Of a stretch of DNA of 64,000 nucleotides, positions 24,280 to 39,409 are shown one piece after another; within the stretch, counting starts at the first letter, position 1, and every line of letters begins with the position of its first letter. The notes below the pieces were generated by a model. It worked only from the letters and a program-made list of their open reading frames with translations. It was not told where the DNA came from and searched no databases. The DNA is taken from positions 102,672,001 to 102,736,000 of the forward strand of contig NC_043000.1 in assembly GCF_006345805.1 (NCBI RefSeq), written 5' to 3'. This stretch comes from Octopus sinensis (taxonomy: Eukaryota). The position numbers were made by a program, and so were the translations under genes.

Positions 24280-25654
24280 TCATGTTTTCTAATAATTGCT
24301 TGTATTTGTATCTTATATGCATAGAATAATATACTATATGTATGTATGTTATTATGGTTGTCGTTTTGATAAATAAATAAGTTAACATTTTAATGTCCTA
24401 AAGTTGATGAACCAACTATTGTGCTTCTCCATTTTCTTATTTGCAATATATATGTGTGTGTGTGTGTGTGTGCGCGCATGCGTATGTACGCACACACACA
24501 CACACACACATACATACATTCATATACTTATGTATGTATATGTGCGTGCTTGTCAGAATGTGATAGGTTTTGTGTTATCCACGGGAGAAGGTTTCAGTAA
24601 ATAGTGTAAAGTATTTATTGTACGACACTAATAATCCCTTCTGTGGTATTCAGAAATCCCCTTTCTTCGTTCAGGTGACGATTTTGATTTCATTCAGTGT
24701 TGGGGGTCAACAATAATGATCTTGTTATTTAGCCTCAGGCCAACTTTTAACAAGTATTCCATCCGTGACCATCTAACATTTGCCAGATACAGTGTATATA
24801 AGATTATATTAGTTAAGGTGTACTTCCTATTTTAAGACAATATACAGAGGCTTTTTCTTCCAATTTCTTGTAAGTCGAATGACTACATAAAGCCTTTTTT
24901 CGTTGGTTGGCTTGTTAACGTACGACTGAGATGTAGAGTTAAGCGAATTGATAACACCCATTTCCAATTTATAAATACAAACACAAAAATAATCTGCACC
25001 CTTCACTTAGTGAGCTGGACGCTTTTAGGGAGCGAGCAATATATACAATATACACAAAATAGCTATGGTAAAAAAAAAAATTCCTGCAGAAATTAGCTTC
25101 AATCAACACTTTTCGTTCTCTCTACATACCTTCTCCCCATCAATTTTGGAAGCATTTCGCAGTAGCTGGAGTGTTGATAGACTAACTACAATGAATAAAT
25201 GAATGAAGTTTACAGACAACTTATCAAGATTGAAAGTCTCTTTTTCTTGATCTTGTCTCTAGACTTAATCAAGTCAGTCTGGTGAAACATTAAACCTTTC
25301 TCTCTAAGTGACTTCTATTGGTAAATTTAAAACTCTGCACGAAAGATGGACAGCTGGGGTGGCTGTGTGCTTATTAAGTTCGTTACACAACCATATAGTT
25401 CTGGGTTCGGTACAACTAAGAGACAACTTTGGGAAACGACTGTGAGATTTGTGGAGCCCTTTCCTTCAGAAAGAGAAATGGATTGATAGAGAGAGAGGAG
25501 GGAGAGAGAGAGGGAGAGAGTATCTTGGGTGATCAATAGCTTCTGAGTGTTGTGCGCATGCGTACACACGTTTTCTGTCAGAAACTAATACGTGCACAAA
25601 AGGCTAATTACTTTTAAAGATTAGTGTAGTAATATATAGATATATATAGATATA

Positions 25655-25835
25655 TATGTATGTATGTGTGTATGTATGTATGTATGTTTGTATGTATGTA
25701 CGTATGTATGTATGTTTGTATGTTTGTATGTCTGGCTGCATGTATGTATGTATGTTGTATGTTTGTATGTCTGTATGTATGTATGTATGTTTGTATGTAT
25801 GTCTGTATGTATGTATGTTTGTATGTATGTCTGTC

Positions 25836-25867
<32 letters not shown>

Positions 25868-25895
25868 TGTATGTATGTATGTATGTTTGTATGTA
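25655..25895. repeat. (TATG)n degenerate tetranucleotide repeat
   Basis: Direct reading; similar tracts at 4285-4378, 33585-33650 and 46105-46190. Confidence 0.95.
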
Positions 25896-26244
25896 TCATT
25901 GATGCCGTGAAACATCTGTTTACAAAATATTTAGCATTGACGTCATTGTAAACTATATTTCTATTCAAATATTGTTATTTTTTAGAAACAAATTAATGCA
26001 AGAAACAATTGTTATTTCTTTTATTGGCTTCAGTCAGAGCATGTAACCATACTAAGGCACTTTCCATTAAATATATACTGTTTCGATGGCGGGAATCGAA
26101 TCCAGGCTGCTTGGGTACAAGCTACAAATCCTAACTACTATTATGTAAGAAACTGACGCTATTGTACGTTGAAATCCTACTTCTAGTTGAAAAGAAAAAG
26201 AAAAAGAAAATGGCGCTCCGTCGATTACGGCTGTAAAGTTTGCA

Positions 26245-26525
26245 CTTGATCTGATCAACACAACAGCTTGTCCGTGAAGTTAATGTGCAAATGACTGAGC
26301 ACTTCACTGGCACGTATACCTTTCACGTAGTTCGCTGGGAGATACAGTGTGACACAGAATGTGACAAGGCCGATCCTTTGAAATACAGATACAACTCCTT
26401 TTTGCCATCTGAGTGGACTGGAGCAACGTGAAATAAAGTGTCTTGCTTCAAGGAAGCAACACACCGCCGGAAATCGAACTAACGACCTTACGATCATGAG
26501 CCGAAGATCTTAATCACAAAGCCAC
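26245..26525 (-). mobile_element. SINE family C
   Basis: Colinear with the reverse complement of 38913-39220. Confidence 0.75.
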
Positions 26526-26567
26526 ATTATCTATATGTCTGTCTGTGTATCTATCTATCTATCTATC

Positions 26568-26602
<35 letters not shown>

Positions 26603-26647
26603 TACACACACACATATATATATACACATATATATTTATTTATTTAT

Positions 26648-26685
<38 letters not shown>

Positions 26686-26803
26686 TTATGTATATATGTA
26701 TGTCATGAATGAACATAAACGTGAAAAAAGCACAAGCATGAGAAGTTTTGACAAAGGTGTTATCAGTATCACGCTTGAAAAGAAAAAGGAAATAGGAAAA
26801 GAG

Positions 26804-26844
26804 TTTTTGACGTTTCGGATATGGTATCCTTCATCAAATAAAAA
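26804..26844 (-). ncRNA. Minimal hammerhead motif, C3U variant
   Basis: Minus strand: UUUUAU-UUGAUGA-A-GGAU(ACCAU)AUCC-GAAA-CG-UC-AAAAA. Palindromic ACGU stem III, weak stem I. Confidence 0.55.
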
Positions 26845-28431
26845 GAAGAGGAAAGAGAAGAGTGATGGAAAGGAGGGAAGAAAATGTTTGGGGCTGGGTG
26901 GGAATGCAGTTCTATGAGGACGAGTTAAGAAGAGAGGAAGAAGTTGGCAATTGTGTACATATAAGTGAAAGGAGTACATATATGTGTGAAAAGAGACGGG
27001 TATAAGGGTGTGAGCGGCGTGGAATGTAGGTGGCTGGCTGGGGGTGAGTAAAATGAGATGTGCATTTGATAAAGGCGAGTGGGAAGTGTGGCAAGAGAAA
27101 CAAAATAGAGGAAACAATGGAGAAAGCAGTGTAATAAGTGAGACAAAAAAAATAAAGTATAGGTAGAGGAAAATTTACAAAGTGGATAAAGTTGGGAAAA
27201 TAAGTGGAAAAATAAGTAGATAAAAAAATATTTGCGCGTGGATGAGTAGGCAAAATGAGTAGACAAAACGGAGAAGAATAGAATGGTTTAAAAAATATAT
27301 AAAATACGTGAATATTGGAAGAAAATGGAGAGCTACAAAAGGGAGAGATGATTATGAAAAGGATATAAAGAAAGGAAACTAAAGAAAAATAGTATTTTAA
27401 CGAAAAACAGCTACAAGTACAGAGAAAAAGTGCTTTTTAGAGTCACTGAAATGGAAAAGGAAAGGCGGAGAGGATTGGAACAGAAGGGTTGCTGATAACA
27501 GCAACACTGGTAACATGTAAACCCAGTACAATCTGGAGCATGGTCAGCTTACTTTATGAGGATATTTAGACACTCTGGGGGATGAAAAACAAGACCCGTC
27601 AAAGGGCAAAGGAACTCAGGAGAGTCAGCGGTCTGTCTACATAGACAAGAGTAGATGGTACTCACCAGTTGTAATAAAAACAATCTATCGAGAAGGTAGT
27701 CTCTGAAAGATAAACCGTTCAGCAAGGACTTGTAACCAGCGGATACAATTTTGTTCAGAAAAAAAATTATGACATGAAGATGTTATAATTTCGTCTACGG
27801 ACGACTGACAGAAAAACAAAATGTATGAACTTGATGTGGAAATTGCTGCAAGAAATTGTTAAAAGAGACGGGAGAAGTTGTAAGACAGAGGAAGCATTGT
27901 AAAGAGGATATAAAAGGGAATGCTATTAAAAAAGGATCTGAATAAAACATGTGGAGTGAAAAGTTAATTTATGCAGTACGAGAGAATGGAAACAAGGGTT
28001 AAAAAATATTTACATAACACGTGGAAGAGAAATTTGAAAAGATATTTATAAGGATATAAAGAAAGAGGGTAAAGTAATTTAAAAAGTTAGTTTACACGGG
28101 TTGAAAGTGTTAATGAAATTGAATAGAGATGCCAAAGTTTCCAGATAGTAAAGGTGATCCAATTTTGCAAGAGATACAGTAAAATTATAAGTTTGATCGA
28201 GGTGGAAACAAATGTTGAATGATGGAAGTTTTGCGGAGAGAGAGAGAGAGAGAGAGAGAGCAATGTCAGGGGAGATAATAGACAGTGTATTAGTGTAAGT
28301 TGAACTTACATCCCAGCTGGTGCGCTCGTGTGCCAGCATGCGCATGTGCGTAAGTGCGAACGGTCAGAAGGAGGCATGCTGGGAGTGAGTGGATGTGGTT
28401 CATCCATCTATATAAGTAATCCGTTCTACTT

Positions 28432-28632
28432 TAGGCACGAGGCCTGGTCTTTTTTAGGGGAGGGGTCTAGTCGATTACATCGACCTCAGTGTTTCACTGG
28501 TACTTAATTTATCGACCCCGAAAGGATGAAAGGCAAAGTCGACCTCGGCGGAATTTGAACTCAGAACGTAACGGCAAACAAACTACGGCTACGCATTTCG
28601 CCCGGTGTGCTAACGTTTCTGCCATCTCGCCG
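28432..28632 (-). mobile_element. SINE family B
   Basis: Reverse complement of the family B consensus. Confidence 0.85.
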
Positions 28633-29474
28633 CCATCATCCATCTACATAAATAATGACCTGGATATGTTGGTATAATCGGTGAGAACACTTATAACGAA
28701 AATAGATGTGGGTTCGATTCCCACACCTAGTCATGCTCATTTTTTCTTCCCATCGGGGGGCTTATATGCCCTAATATCAGACTATTTTCTATAATCAATA
28801 TACGGCGAAAATTATGTATGTATGCATGTATGTATGTATGTATGTATGTATGTACGTTTCGATAGACCGATTGATCTGTAGAGGAAGGATTTGAGATATG
28901 AGTTAGTGCGGGTCGGTATTTCGAATGGGCACCACAAAGATAACGGGAAGTGAAGAGATGTGGTGCCTTTGTGAAGCAATGGGTAACAGAAGTCATTACA
29001 ATAGGGGACAGCAGGGCCTTGGATTACAGTCTGGAGACTGGCTGTAAGTAACTGAATTTATATAGGAAAAACGGCAGAATGCCTTTGGTCATAGCTGGAA
29101 TACCTTTGATCAGAGGCTAATCGGTAAAAACAACTTACATATTCCATACAATTTGCATTTGCAAAATACACGATAAACTAGGGTTAACTATTTTCTTAAT
29201 ACATCAATTCTTCATTAGGCGGATGTAATGTTTGTATTTTTTTAATTTTTAATTTTTACTTTTATTGTATTTATCTATCTATTTATTTATTACCAGTCTT
29301 AGCTCAATTGGCGTTGGTGACAGCGAAATGTAATATTTATTTAAATTCAACATCTGGAGTATGTACTGTATAACATTTCAAGTTCAATTGTAATATGGTA
29401 GTGGTGTAATTGAATATTTACTCTATGTATATATACATATATATAAAGATATATATATATATATATCTATATAT

Positions 29475-29512
<38 letters not shown>

Positions 29513-30228
29513 TATAATATATATATAAAGATATATATATATCTTTAATTCTTCACCCAACCAGTGCAAAATATAGGGAAAACAAGCAACACAGCATTAT
29601 TTCTATATATTATATTTATCTATGTGACCGAGCTAGTTAAGCAAGTTATCTAACATCATTCAGTACAGTCAAAAACAAAACGAATTTAGTGCCGTTCTTT
29701 CGTGTGATGGTAGACTGCCAAAGAAACCGTGTTCTTGAAAGCTGAGCTCTAGATTTAAGCAAACCAGTTGCTGAGAATGAATCACTGTTGCTTGCTGTCA
29801 ACACCATATTCTGACAGTCTCTATTATTTTCCTCCTGACTTCTCACAACTTCGTCTCACGACCTCCACCACGTTATCTATTTCTTTCCCTTTAGCATTCA
29901 CATATACACACACTCTCTCTCTCTCTCTCTCCCTTTCTCACACGCACACGCACATACATACATACATACATAATTACAAGCATACATGCATAATTACAAG
30001 CATACATACACAAACATATACACACGTATAACTATATATATATAAATGATATATATATATATATATATATATATGGGTGTGTGTATACATCAAATATATA
30101 TTCATATGTGTATGTATATATATATGTATAAATATATGTATATATATTTATACATGTGTCTGTATATATATATATATATATATGTAACTATATGTATATG
30201 TATAATTATATGTATATATAATATATAT

Positions 30229-30271
<43 letters not shown>

Positions 30272-30413
30272 GTGTGTGTGTGTGTATGTGATATGTGTGT
30301 TTATATAATACATACATATATCTATGTACATACCTCACGTATATACTTATAAATATATGCGTATATACACAACCATATACACGCATATATGTATGTATGT
30401 ATATTCAGATACA

Positions 30414-30449
<36 letters not shown>

Positions 30450-30755
30450 AATCTCATTCAATCTCACAACTTAACTCTTTACTTTCATATTTACTTTTGT
30501 TATTTTTTTCTCTCGTTTTTTTTTTTTTTTACTTTTCTTTTCGGTGAAGAATTTCTTGCTCAGATTCCTTGAATATATTTCCAATCCATTTCTCTGATAG
30601 ATTTACGGTTCAACTTATATTTCCTTGCAATTTTCTCGCTTTCCACCAAAGCTTTTATTAATTTCATTTTTCTCGTTCCTATTAACTTCATTCAACTTCC
30701 GCAGTCTCTCTCTCTAATTCTTTCTTTCTCTCTCTCTCTCCCTTTCTTTCTTTCT

Positions 30756-30806
<51 letters not shown>

Positions 30807-30983
30807 CTCTCCCTCTCTCTCTCTCTCCCTAATCACATATATGTGTATGTCTGTATGTATGTGAGCGTGGGTGTATATATATATATATAATATATATATA
30901 TATATATTTATATGTATGTATATATATGTTTATGTATGTATATACGTATGTCCATACGCACCCCCATACACACACACCACATA

Positions 30984-31029
<46 letters not shown>

Positions 31030-32234
31030 TTGCACTTTCACTTTCTCCTTCTGTAAAAGTAAAATCTCTGATAGAATTAACCAAATAGTCACATCTCACG
31101 TACATTTGAAGTAACGAAAGACTAAGACTACAGATCGCTTCTTCTGTCTCATATTTCCCGTTTTGTTGTCGGTTTTTTTTAATTTTCCCCTTTTTTTCGC
31201 ATTTTTGCGTACATTATTTCAGTTACACCCTTATTCTGTTAATTTCTTTTGTATTTTTAATTCTTTTTTTAAATTTGATTTTTACTTTTCTCTTCACACG
31301 CACCCTTCTGCACTTTTCAATTTTATTTTCTTTACTCGGCTGTCTGTAGCCCTTTTGTTTTTATTTTCCTTTCAACTTGGTGAAAATACTAGAGCCATGT
31401 TTCAGACAATAAGTTCGGATTCTTTTAGGTATAGCTCTCCAACCAACCAACCAACCAACTAACCAACCAAAAATAAATAAATAAAAAAAATCCAGATGTA
31501 CTTCCACGATAATACAAACACATCTGACACTTTTAACAGTAACTAACAGCTGAAAATAAAATAAAATAAAATAAAATAAAAATTATAAAAGAAATAAAGG
31601 GAAAAAAGAAAAATCCATATCTTTTTATCTCTTGTGAAAATCTATCTTAATTCAAACTCAGCATGTCTTTGGGTTTCTCTTTGTAATGATGCCATTAATC
31701 ACAATTTTCTGACATTTAACAGTCTGTTTAGAATACTGCCTTTATTGGTAAGGGTTTTGAAAGTTTAGACATTTCATGTCACCGTTTTAAAATTATCTCT
31801 TTAATTGGTTGATATTGCTGAAAGTAATGGAATTAGCGTTAAAACTTTCTAGCAAAATATTGCCATTTCTAGAATTATAATGAATCAAATTGATTTGTGT
31901 TCGATGTTCTCGGTTCATTTTATTAGGTACACCAACTGACCCTTGGGTGTCTTTAGTAGGGTCTAATCTGTAACAAGCAATCCAGTCAGGTATCCTAACA
32001 TTTTGATGCTTTCTACAAGAAACCCCCCCCCCTTGATTTGCGTTTTTTTATTTTCTTTTTCTCTTTCCTCATCAAGTCCTGTTTGTACGTCCTGGGAAAA
32101 GCCATCGACACTACTTAACTTCTCTTACTAACACTCTTACTAACTCATGAAAATGTTTTCAAAATTTCCGATGAAAACAAATCCTCCCTTTTTAACTGAA
32201 TAGATCAGCTTGAAATTTTTAATAAACCAGTCTT

Positions 32235-32270
<36 letters not shown>

Positions 32271-32359
32271 ATATTATATATATATATAATATATGTTGAA
32301 ACGGATATCAATTTAATTGAAAAAATATCGTATAGTATCTTTTATCTTTTATTTGTTGT

Positions 32360-32555
32360 TGTCATTGGACTTGTGGCCATGCTGGAACACCTCCTTGAGG
32401 GGTTTTAGTCGAATAAATCGACCCCCTGTACTTTTTTATAGTCTGGTACTTATTCTATCCGTCTGGTTAACCGAGCTGCTAAGTTACGGGGACATAAAAC
32501 AAGCCGACACCGGTTGTTAAGCGGTGCAGGGATGCGAACACAAAGACACACGCAT
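32360..32555 (-). mobile_element. SINE family A, 3' half
   Basis: GGCCATGCTGGAACACC...AAGTTACGGGGACATAAAAC. Confidence 0.75.
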
Positions 32556-32739
32556 ACATATACGTGGTCTGATTAAGATCATTGGCCACCTTTCTTCTCT
32601 CCGTTGTAGGTGGAACAAGGAAGACGTGTTCTTGTCTGTCTCCTGTCCAAGCTTGATTTACGCGTTCGCCACCACAACCTCGTTTAGGCTTAGCAGTCCT
32701 TCCTATTTGTTTTCACTGTCCTGTTTGTGTTACCAATTT

Positions 32740-33538
<799 letters not shown>

Positions 33539-33570
33539 GCATATATATATATATATATATTATGTCTATA

Positions 33571-33606
<36 letters not shown>

Positions 33607-34184
33607 TGTATGTATGTATGTATGTATGTATGTATGTATGTATGTATGTACGTATATATATAATGCAAGAGGGGTAAAATATATATGAATATGTATTATA
33701 CATGGTGGAAACATTATCTGATATAGAACTCAATACCTTCAGTGTTCATTTGAGGCTAAACAACGACAACAACAACTTTGTTTTCTCGAATCCTATCGGT
33801 TTTAGCTCCATATATTTGGTACTAATTCATTTAAGCGTGAATTTTGAAACCCCACCTCTGCCTAAATTTTTACAAAATCATGTTTTTTAAAAAAAAAAAT
33901 CGGTCATCCGATTTATTTTAAGCATCAACAATGTTTACATCAGAATTTTTTAGATTCATTTTTTAAAATTAAAACCCGATTAAGATTAGAGAATTTTGAC
34001 TGCTTTCTCTCTCTCTCTCTCTCTTTCTCTCCCTCTCTCTCTCTCCCTCTCTCTCTCTCTCCCTCTCCCTCTCTCTCTTTCTCTTTATATATATATAATA
34101 TGAGTGTATTTACTAATATAAAATGTCCTTTTTTTACGTATATAAATATATTTCGTTTGCATCTGAAATATATCCGTAAATATA

Positions 34185-34680
34185 CGAGGGTGAGTCAAAA
34201 AGTAATGCCATTTTGTTTAGGACAGATATATTTACCAACACAGGAACATATATCATACTTCAAAAAGAAGCTGGTTCTCTGTGGATCATATCCCTACTTC
34301 TCAACATAGTCACCGTTTCTCTCAATAGCAATGCTCCACCTTTGAATGAGAGCATGTATCCCTGCCCCGTAAAATTCTGTTGACTGTTCTTTGAGCCACT
34401 TCTTCACTACAGTTTTCACTTCCTGGGGTCGAAGAGATGATAGTCTGACGAGGAAGTGAAAACTGTAGTGAAGAAGTGGCTCAAAGAACAATCAACAGAA
34501 TTTTACGGGGCAGGGATACATGCTCTTATTCGAAGGTTATTGAGAGAAACGGTGACTATGTTGAGAAGTAGGGATATGATCCACAAAGGACCAGCTTCGT
34601 TTTGATGTATGATACATATTCCTGTGTTGGTAATTATACCTGTCCTAAACAAAATGGCATTACTCTTTGACTCACCCTCG
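34185..34680. mobile_element. Mariner-derived foldback MITE composed of two inverted 3' ends
   Basis: TA|CGAGGGTGAGTCAAAAAGTAATGCCATTTTGTTTAGG ... CCTAAACAAAATGGCATTACTCTTTGACTCACCCTCG|TA with TA TSD. Both arms encode the mariner C-terminus EVKTVVKKWLKEQSTEFYGAGIHALI...NGDYVEK*. Confidence 0.9.
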
Positions 34681-34914
34681 TATTTTGTTTGCATTAATAA
34701 CTACATTTTCATCCAAAACTGGGATAACAACTTTTAAACTTACAGAAAGTGAAACAGCGCAATGCTATTGTTTTCATCACTGAATGCACAAAAGCAGTGA
34801 GCGAGCAGAATCTTTGAGGCTTAACTGCAAGAAGGTATGTGGTGGAAGCGAATGTGCAGACTCAGTTTTCGGTGATGTGACAAAGCTAATGATAGTAATA
34901 ATGGTTACTGATTT

Positions 34915-35262
34915 AGGTACAAAGTCAGCAATTTAGAGGAAAGGGCAGTGAGTCAAGGAAAGAATGAATAGTAAAGCTAGCCTCAGCAAGAATTGAACCT
35001 AGATTGTAAAGAGTCGAAAGAAATACAAGACACTTTATCCGACGTCCTAACGATTCTAATATTAGTTTCAAATTTTGGCACAAGGCCAGCAATTTTGTGG
35101 AGGGGATAAGTCGATTATATAAATCCCTGAGTTCAGCTAGTACTTATTTTATCGACTCCGAAAGGGTGAAATGCAAAGCTGATCTCGACGGAATTTGAAC
35201 TCAGAACGTGAAGACGGACGAAAAGCCGCTAAGCGTTTTTCCCGGCGTGCTAACGATTCTAA
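34915..35262 (-). mobile_element. Two SINE family B copies (first degenerate)
   Basis: Units at ~34915-35060 and ~35085-35262. Confidence 0.7.
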
Positions 35263-36589
35263 TATTGATTTATTTGCCACCGAGTACCCAGTCATTCGTA
35301 TGATAGATTAATGCAGACATAGTTACGTTACAAACGTGTGCAGATGGAACAAGGTCTTGTAAAAACTAGAGGAGGGGTAAGAACACAGTACAATGTATAT
35401 ATTTAAAATTGGGTATAAAGTAAACACGTAATAAATATATATGATTATATGAAAAACAATAATTAAAGCAAGACAATTTCAACATGAAGCAAATTCTGGC
35501 TCACCGTAGTGAGAACCCAGTAGCTATGTTGACTCAGAAAACCCCTCAACATTAGTCACCTACTAGTCTTCAAACAAGTACACCTGAAGGTGCCCGTGAG
35601 CATCTTTGATGTCAGGTTGGAGACGTTCTCTAAGGAATTACGCATTGGATAATCATCAAGTACTTGGGTGGCTTTCACAGAGCAGTTTATTATTCAACTA
35701 TTCCACGAAATCGGACCCTATCCTGTAATATTCTCTTAAATTTCCTTTAGATTGTTCTGTAACTCTAACCGTTCGTGATTTGTTTGTGTGAGTGTATGCA
35801 AAGAACTGTGAATTTCGTGCAATTCTAAGGACAATAGTGAAGGGGAGATTTGCTTCTCATCATACGTTTTGCTAGTCGTCTCTTAAGGTTTTTGTCTGCT
35901 GAGTTCTTTTTGTATTGCTTGCTTTCTCCTGCTATCTCCAGTAATCTTTACTCTCCTTGTTATTTCATCGTTTTCTCATTGTTATAAGACGAAATGGAGA
36001 CGCTGCGAGTAATAATCAGCAAAGAGATGGATGTCTCTTTGCTTTATGCTCAGCTCTTGTGACTGAAAGAAAAGTATTTTCGGAGTTGTAACTGTCGTTG
36101 CTGAGAAAACAGAAACCCCCAGGACTTACTGCTGCTACTATTGGTAGTGTTGATAGTTGTGTTGCTGGCTGTGTTGCTGTCTTTAGCATGGCTTTTCTCG
36201 CTCCTAGAGAAGAAAGCTTTCATATGAATCTTACTGCATCAAGGGTAACAGATGGGCTTTTTGGCCTGCGCTATAAGTTTCATGACTTATCTTTATGAAC
36301 CAATGACAGAGCACGTTCCAGAATTACTCTATGGTCTTTGAGGGTTATTATATACAATATAGGGAACACCCGAGCACTTACCCATTTTGGCGGGTTACTT
36401 TTGTGCATACCATCTGTTCGTATCAGGCCACAAAAGTAACAACGAGTCAATATCGCAGTCAGTGTCGTTTTTACAAATTTTTATTGTGTCACACTAAGTA
36501 TTGTGGAATAAGGTTTGTGCAGGTGTGTAACGCACTATCTCGGCCTGTCTTTTCCCCACTTTATTTTCAATATTATGCATATGATTAAG

Positions 36590-36795
36590 GCAGAATCGTT
36601 AGATGACAGAGTCGGGTAAAATGCTCAGCGGCATTTCGTCTTTACGTTCCGTGCTCAAATTCTACCGAGGGTGACTTTGCCCTTCATCCCTTGGTGGTCG
36701 GTAAAATAAGTACCAGTCGCGTTTCTGGGCTCGATGTAATCGACTTATTCTCTTCCCCCGAAAATCTTGGCCTTGTGCCAAAATTTGAAACCAAT
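36590..36795 (+). mobile_element. SINE family B
   Basis: GGCAGAATCGTTAG...GCCCTTCATCCCTTGGTGGTCGGTAAAATAAGTACCAG. Confidence 0.75.
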
Positions 36796-37139
36796 ATTAT
36801 GCATATGAATTTTGGCGACATTATTCCATACATAGTCAGAGCCGCACTTAACAGTTTGAGGATATGAGACATTGTCATTTTCTTTCTTCTCCTTTCTATT
36901 CGGTAAAGGACTAAGACATAGATTTAACTCCCCTTGTCGCACAACATTATGAGAGTTAGATTTTTCTGCTCTTATAAATAATTCATATTTAGAGCCTGTC
37001 AGTTTTTTTTTAAATAAAAAACTCTTACGAAAGAAGGAAGTCTGGGAATGCTTTCTGTTTTTCATTCCGAACTTACCATTCACTCCTCTGCTTGGCGAAT
37101 CGCGCGAGCGTGTAACAGCCACTACCTCTCAATGTTAAT

Positions 37140-37528
37140 CCTTTTCTACTCTAGGCACAAGGCCCAAAATTTGGGGGGAGGGGGCCAGTCGATTAGATCG
37201 ACTGGTACTTAATATATCGACCCTGAAAGGATGAAAAGCAAAATCGACCTCGGCAGAATTTGAACTCAGAACGTAACGGCAGACGATATGCTATTTCTTT
37301 ACTACCCACAAGGGGTTAAACATAGAGAGGACAAACAAGGACAGACAAACGGATTAAGTCGATTACATCGACTCCAGTGCGTAACTGGTACTTAATTTAT
37401 CGACCCCAAAAGGATGAAAGGTAATGTCGACCTCGGCGGAATTTGAACTCAGAACGTAACGGCAAGCGAAATACGGCTACGCATTTCGCCCGGCGTGCTA
37501 ACGATTCTGCCAGCTCGCTGTCTTCCCC
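37140..37528 (-). mobile_element. SINE family B, dimeric, with 12-bp TSD
   Basis: Flanked by CTCAATGTTAAT at 37128-37139 and 37529-37540. Confidence 0.9.
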
Positions 37529-38224
37529 CTCAATGTTAATTAAGCAATATATTATAATAGTATAATTATTCTGAAGTGAAATTTTTACATAAATTGCTTT
37601 GCACCTTACATGAGATAATAATCAGTTCCCTCTGTTCTCACTGCTTAACATTTGCCTCCCTTTCTTCCAGTCCTTTTCCCACTTCTCTCTCTTTCTTACT
37701 GCCTTTCTTTCTCTTTCTTTCTCCCACCCTCCCTTTGGAGATCTTTATTTCAATCTTCACCACTCTTTCCTTCTCCGTCTCTTTCTCTTCATCTCTCTCG
37801 CTCTCCCTCTTATTCACACTCTCCACATCTTAAGAAGTAATAACATTCAATCGCCCCTCTCGCTTTCCCTCACCCCTCCTTAAGATTCTTATCATTAAAG
37901 CATTTTGTTTTGGACTCTTTAATTGTCCAGCCTACACTCTTCCTTTCATCAAATTAACTTCCTCCTTCCGTTCAAACAGACCTACAACGCACGTACACAT
38001 TTCCCTCTCAACCCTCTCGCTAACAATTACTACATTTAAGTCGTTGAGAATTATGAAAACATTGGAAGTTGTGTAAAATGAAAGTGTGAAGTTAGAGGTG
38101 GGAAATAGACAATTAGTCTTACTGCACTAAGTACTTTAAGAAAGGGAGCCTCAACGTAGTATCTCGACTGCGTGAAATAGCAGCCAAATCTCATAGAACT
38201 GGATTCCAGGCGGTAAAGATATTC

Positions 38225-38806
38225 TTGTCTACTATAGGCACAAGGCACGAAATTTTATGGGAGGGAGCCAGTCGATTAGATCGAACCTAGTACGCAACTG
38301 GTACTTAATTTATCGAACCCCAAAGGATGAAAGGCGAAGGCGACCTCGGAGGAATTTGAACTCAGAACATAAAGACTGAAGAAATACGGCTAAGCATTCG
38401 CCCGGCGTGCTAACGTTTCTTATTTCATTATTGCCCGCGGAGGGGACAAACAAGGACAAACAAACGGATTAAGTCGATTATATCGACCCCAGTACGTAAC
38501 TGGTACTTATTTAATCGACCCGGAAAGGATGAAAGGCAATTTGAACTCAGAACGTAGCGGCAGACGAAATACCTATTTCTTTACTACCCACAAGGGGCTA
38601 AACACAGAGAGGATAAACAAGGACAGACAAACGGATTAAGTCGATTATATCGACCCCAGTGCGTAACTTGTACTTATTTAATCGACCCTGAAAGGATGAA
38701 AGGCAAAGTCGACCTCGACGGAATTTGAACTCACAACGTAGCGGTAGACGAAATACCGCTAAGCATTTCGTTCGGCTTACTAACGTTTCTGCCAGCTCGC
38801 CGTCTC
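38225..38806 (-). mobile_element. SINE family B cluster (monomer plus dimer)
   Basis: Units at ~38225-38420 and ~38440-38806. Confidence 0.85.
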
Positions 38807-38912
38807 CGTTAGGTACCATCTTATTAATAACACACTGGTACTTCACATTTTAAAATATTTTTCTCAATTTTTCAATTTTATTTTATTTTTCCACATTCAG
38901 TGGTTAGCATAT

Positions 38913-39220
38913 TGGTGGTTAGGGTATTCGGCTCATGGTAGTAAGTCATGAGTTTGAAAAGCGGCAGGGCGTTGTGTCCTTGAGCAAGACACTTTATTTC
39001 TCGTTGCTCCAGTTCAATCAGCTGGCGCAAATGAGTTGTACCTGTATTTCAAAAAGCCAGCTTTATCAAATTCTGAATCTCCCTGAATCTCCATGGCAAC
39101 TACGTTAAGGGTACGCGTATTTGTAGAGTGTTCAGCCACTTGCACGTTTATTTCACGAACAGGCCGTTCCGTTGATCGGATCAACTGGAACCTTCGTCAT
39201 CGTAACCGACAGGGTGCTAG
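38913..39220 (+). mobile_element. SINE family C (tRNA-derived)
   Basis: GGTGGTTAGGGTATTCGGCTCATG...GTGTCCTTGAGCAAGACACTTTATTTC...GATCGGATCAACTGG; a second copy lies at 26245-26525. Confidence 0.8.
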
Positions 39221-39409
39221 TTTTTAAAATTTTTTTATTAGATTCCTGTTGACTAATGTTACTCATTTATCGACCTCTCAGTAAAATGAAAGTCAACATC
39301 ATCTCCGTATGTATTTTTATTCCGTAACAGAATTGCACTGAACTAAGTAATTCTCTACAGTCACCAGATCTTATTCTTTTTTCTTTCTTTCTTTTTTCTA
39401 TTTTGTTTC

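Noticed and set aside
26078-26140. tRNA-like sequence on the minus strand
   Set aside because: It has only a B-box-like segment with no cloverleaf; most likely a SINE head fragment. No bona fide tRNA or rRNA gene was found in the window.
37140-38806. Regularly recurring palindromic units that might suggest a CRISPR array
   Set aside because: They are SINE-B monomers and dimers in a eukaryotic context; there are no unique spacers and no cas genes.
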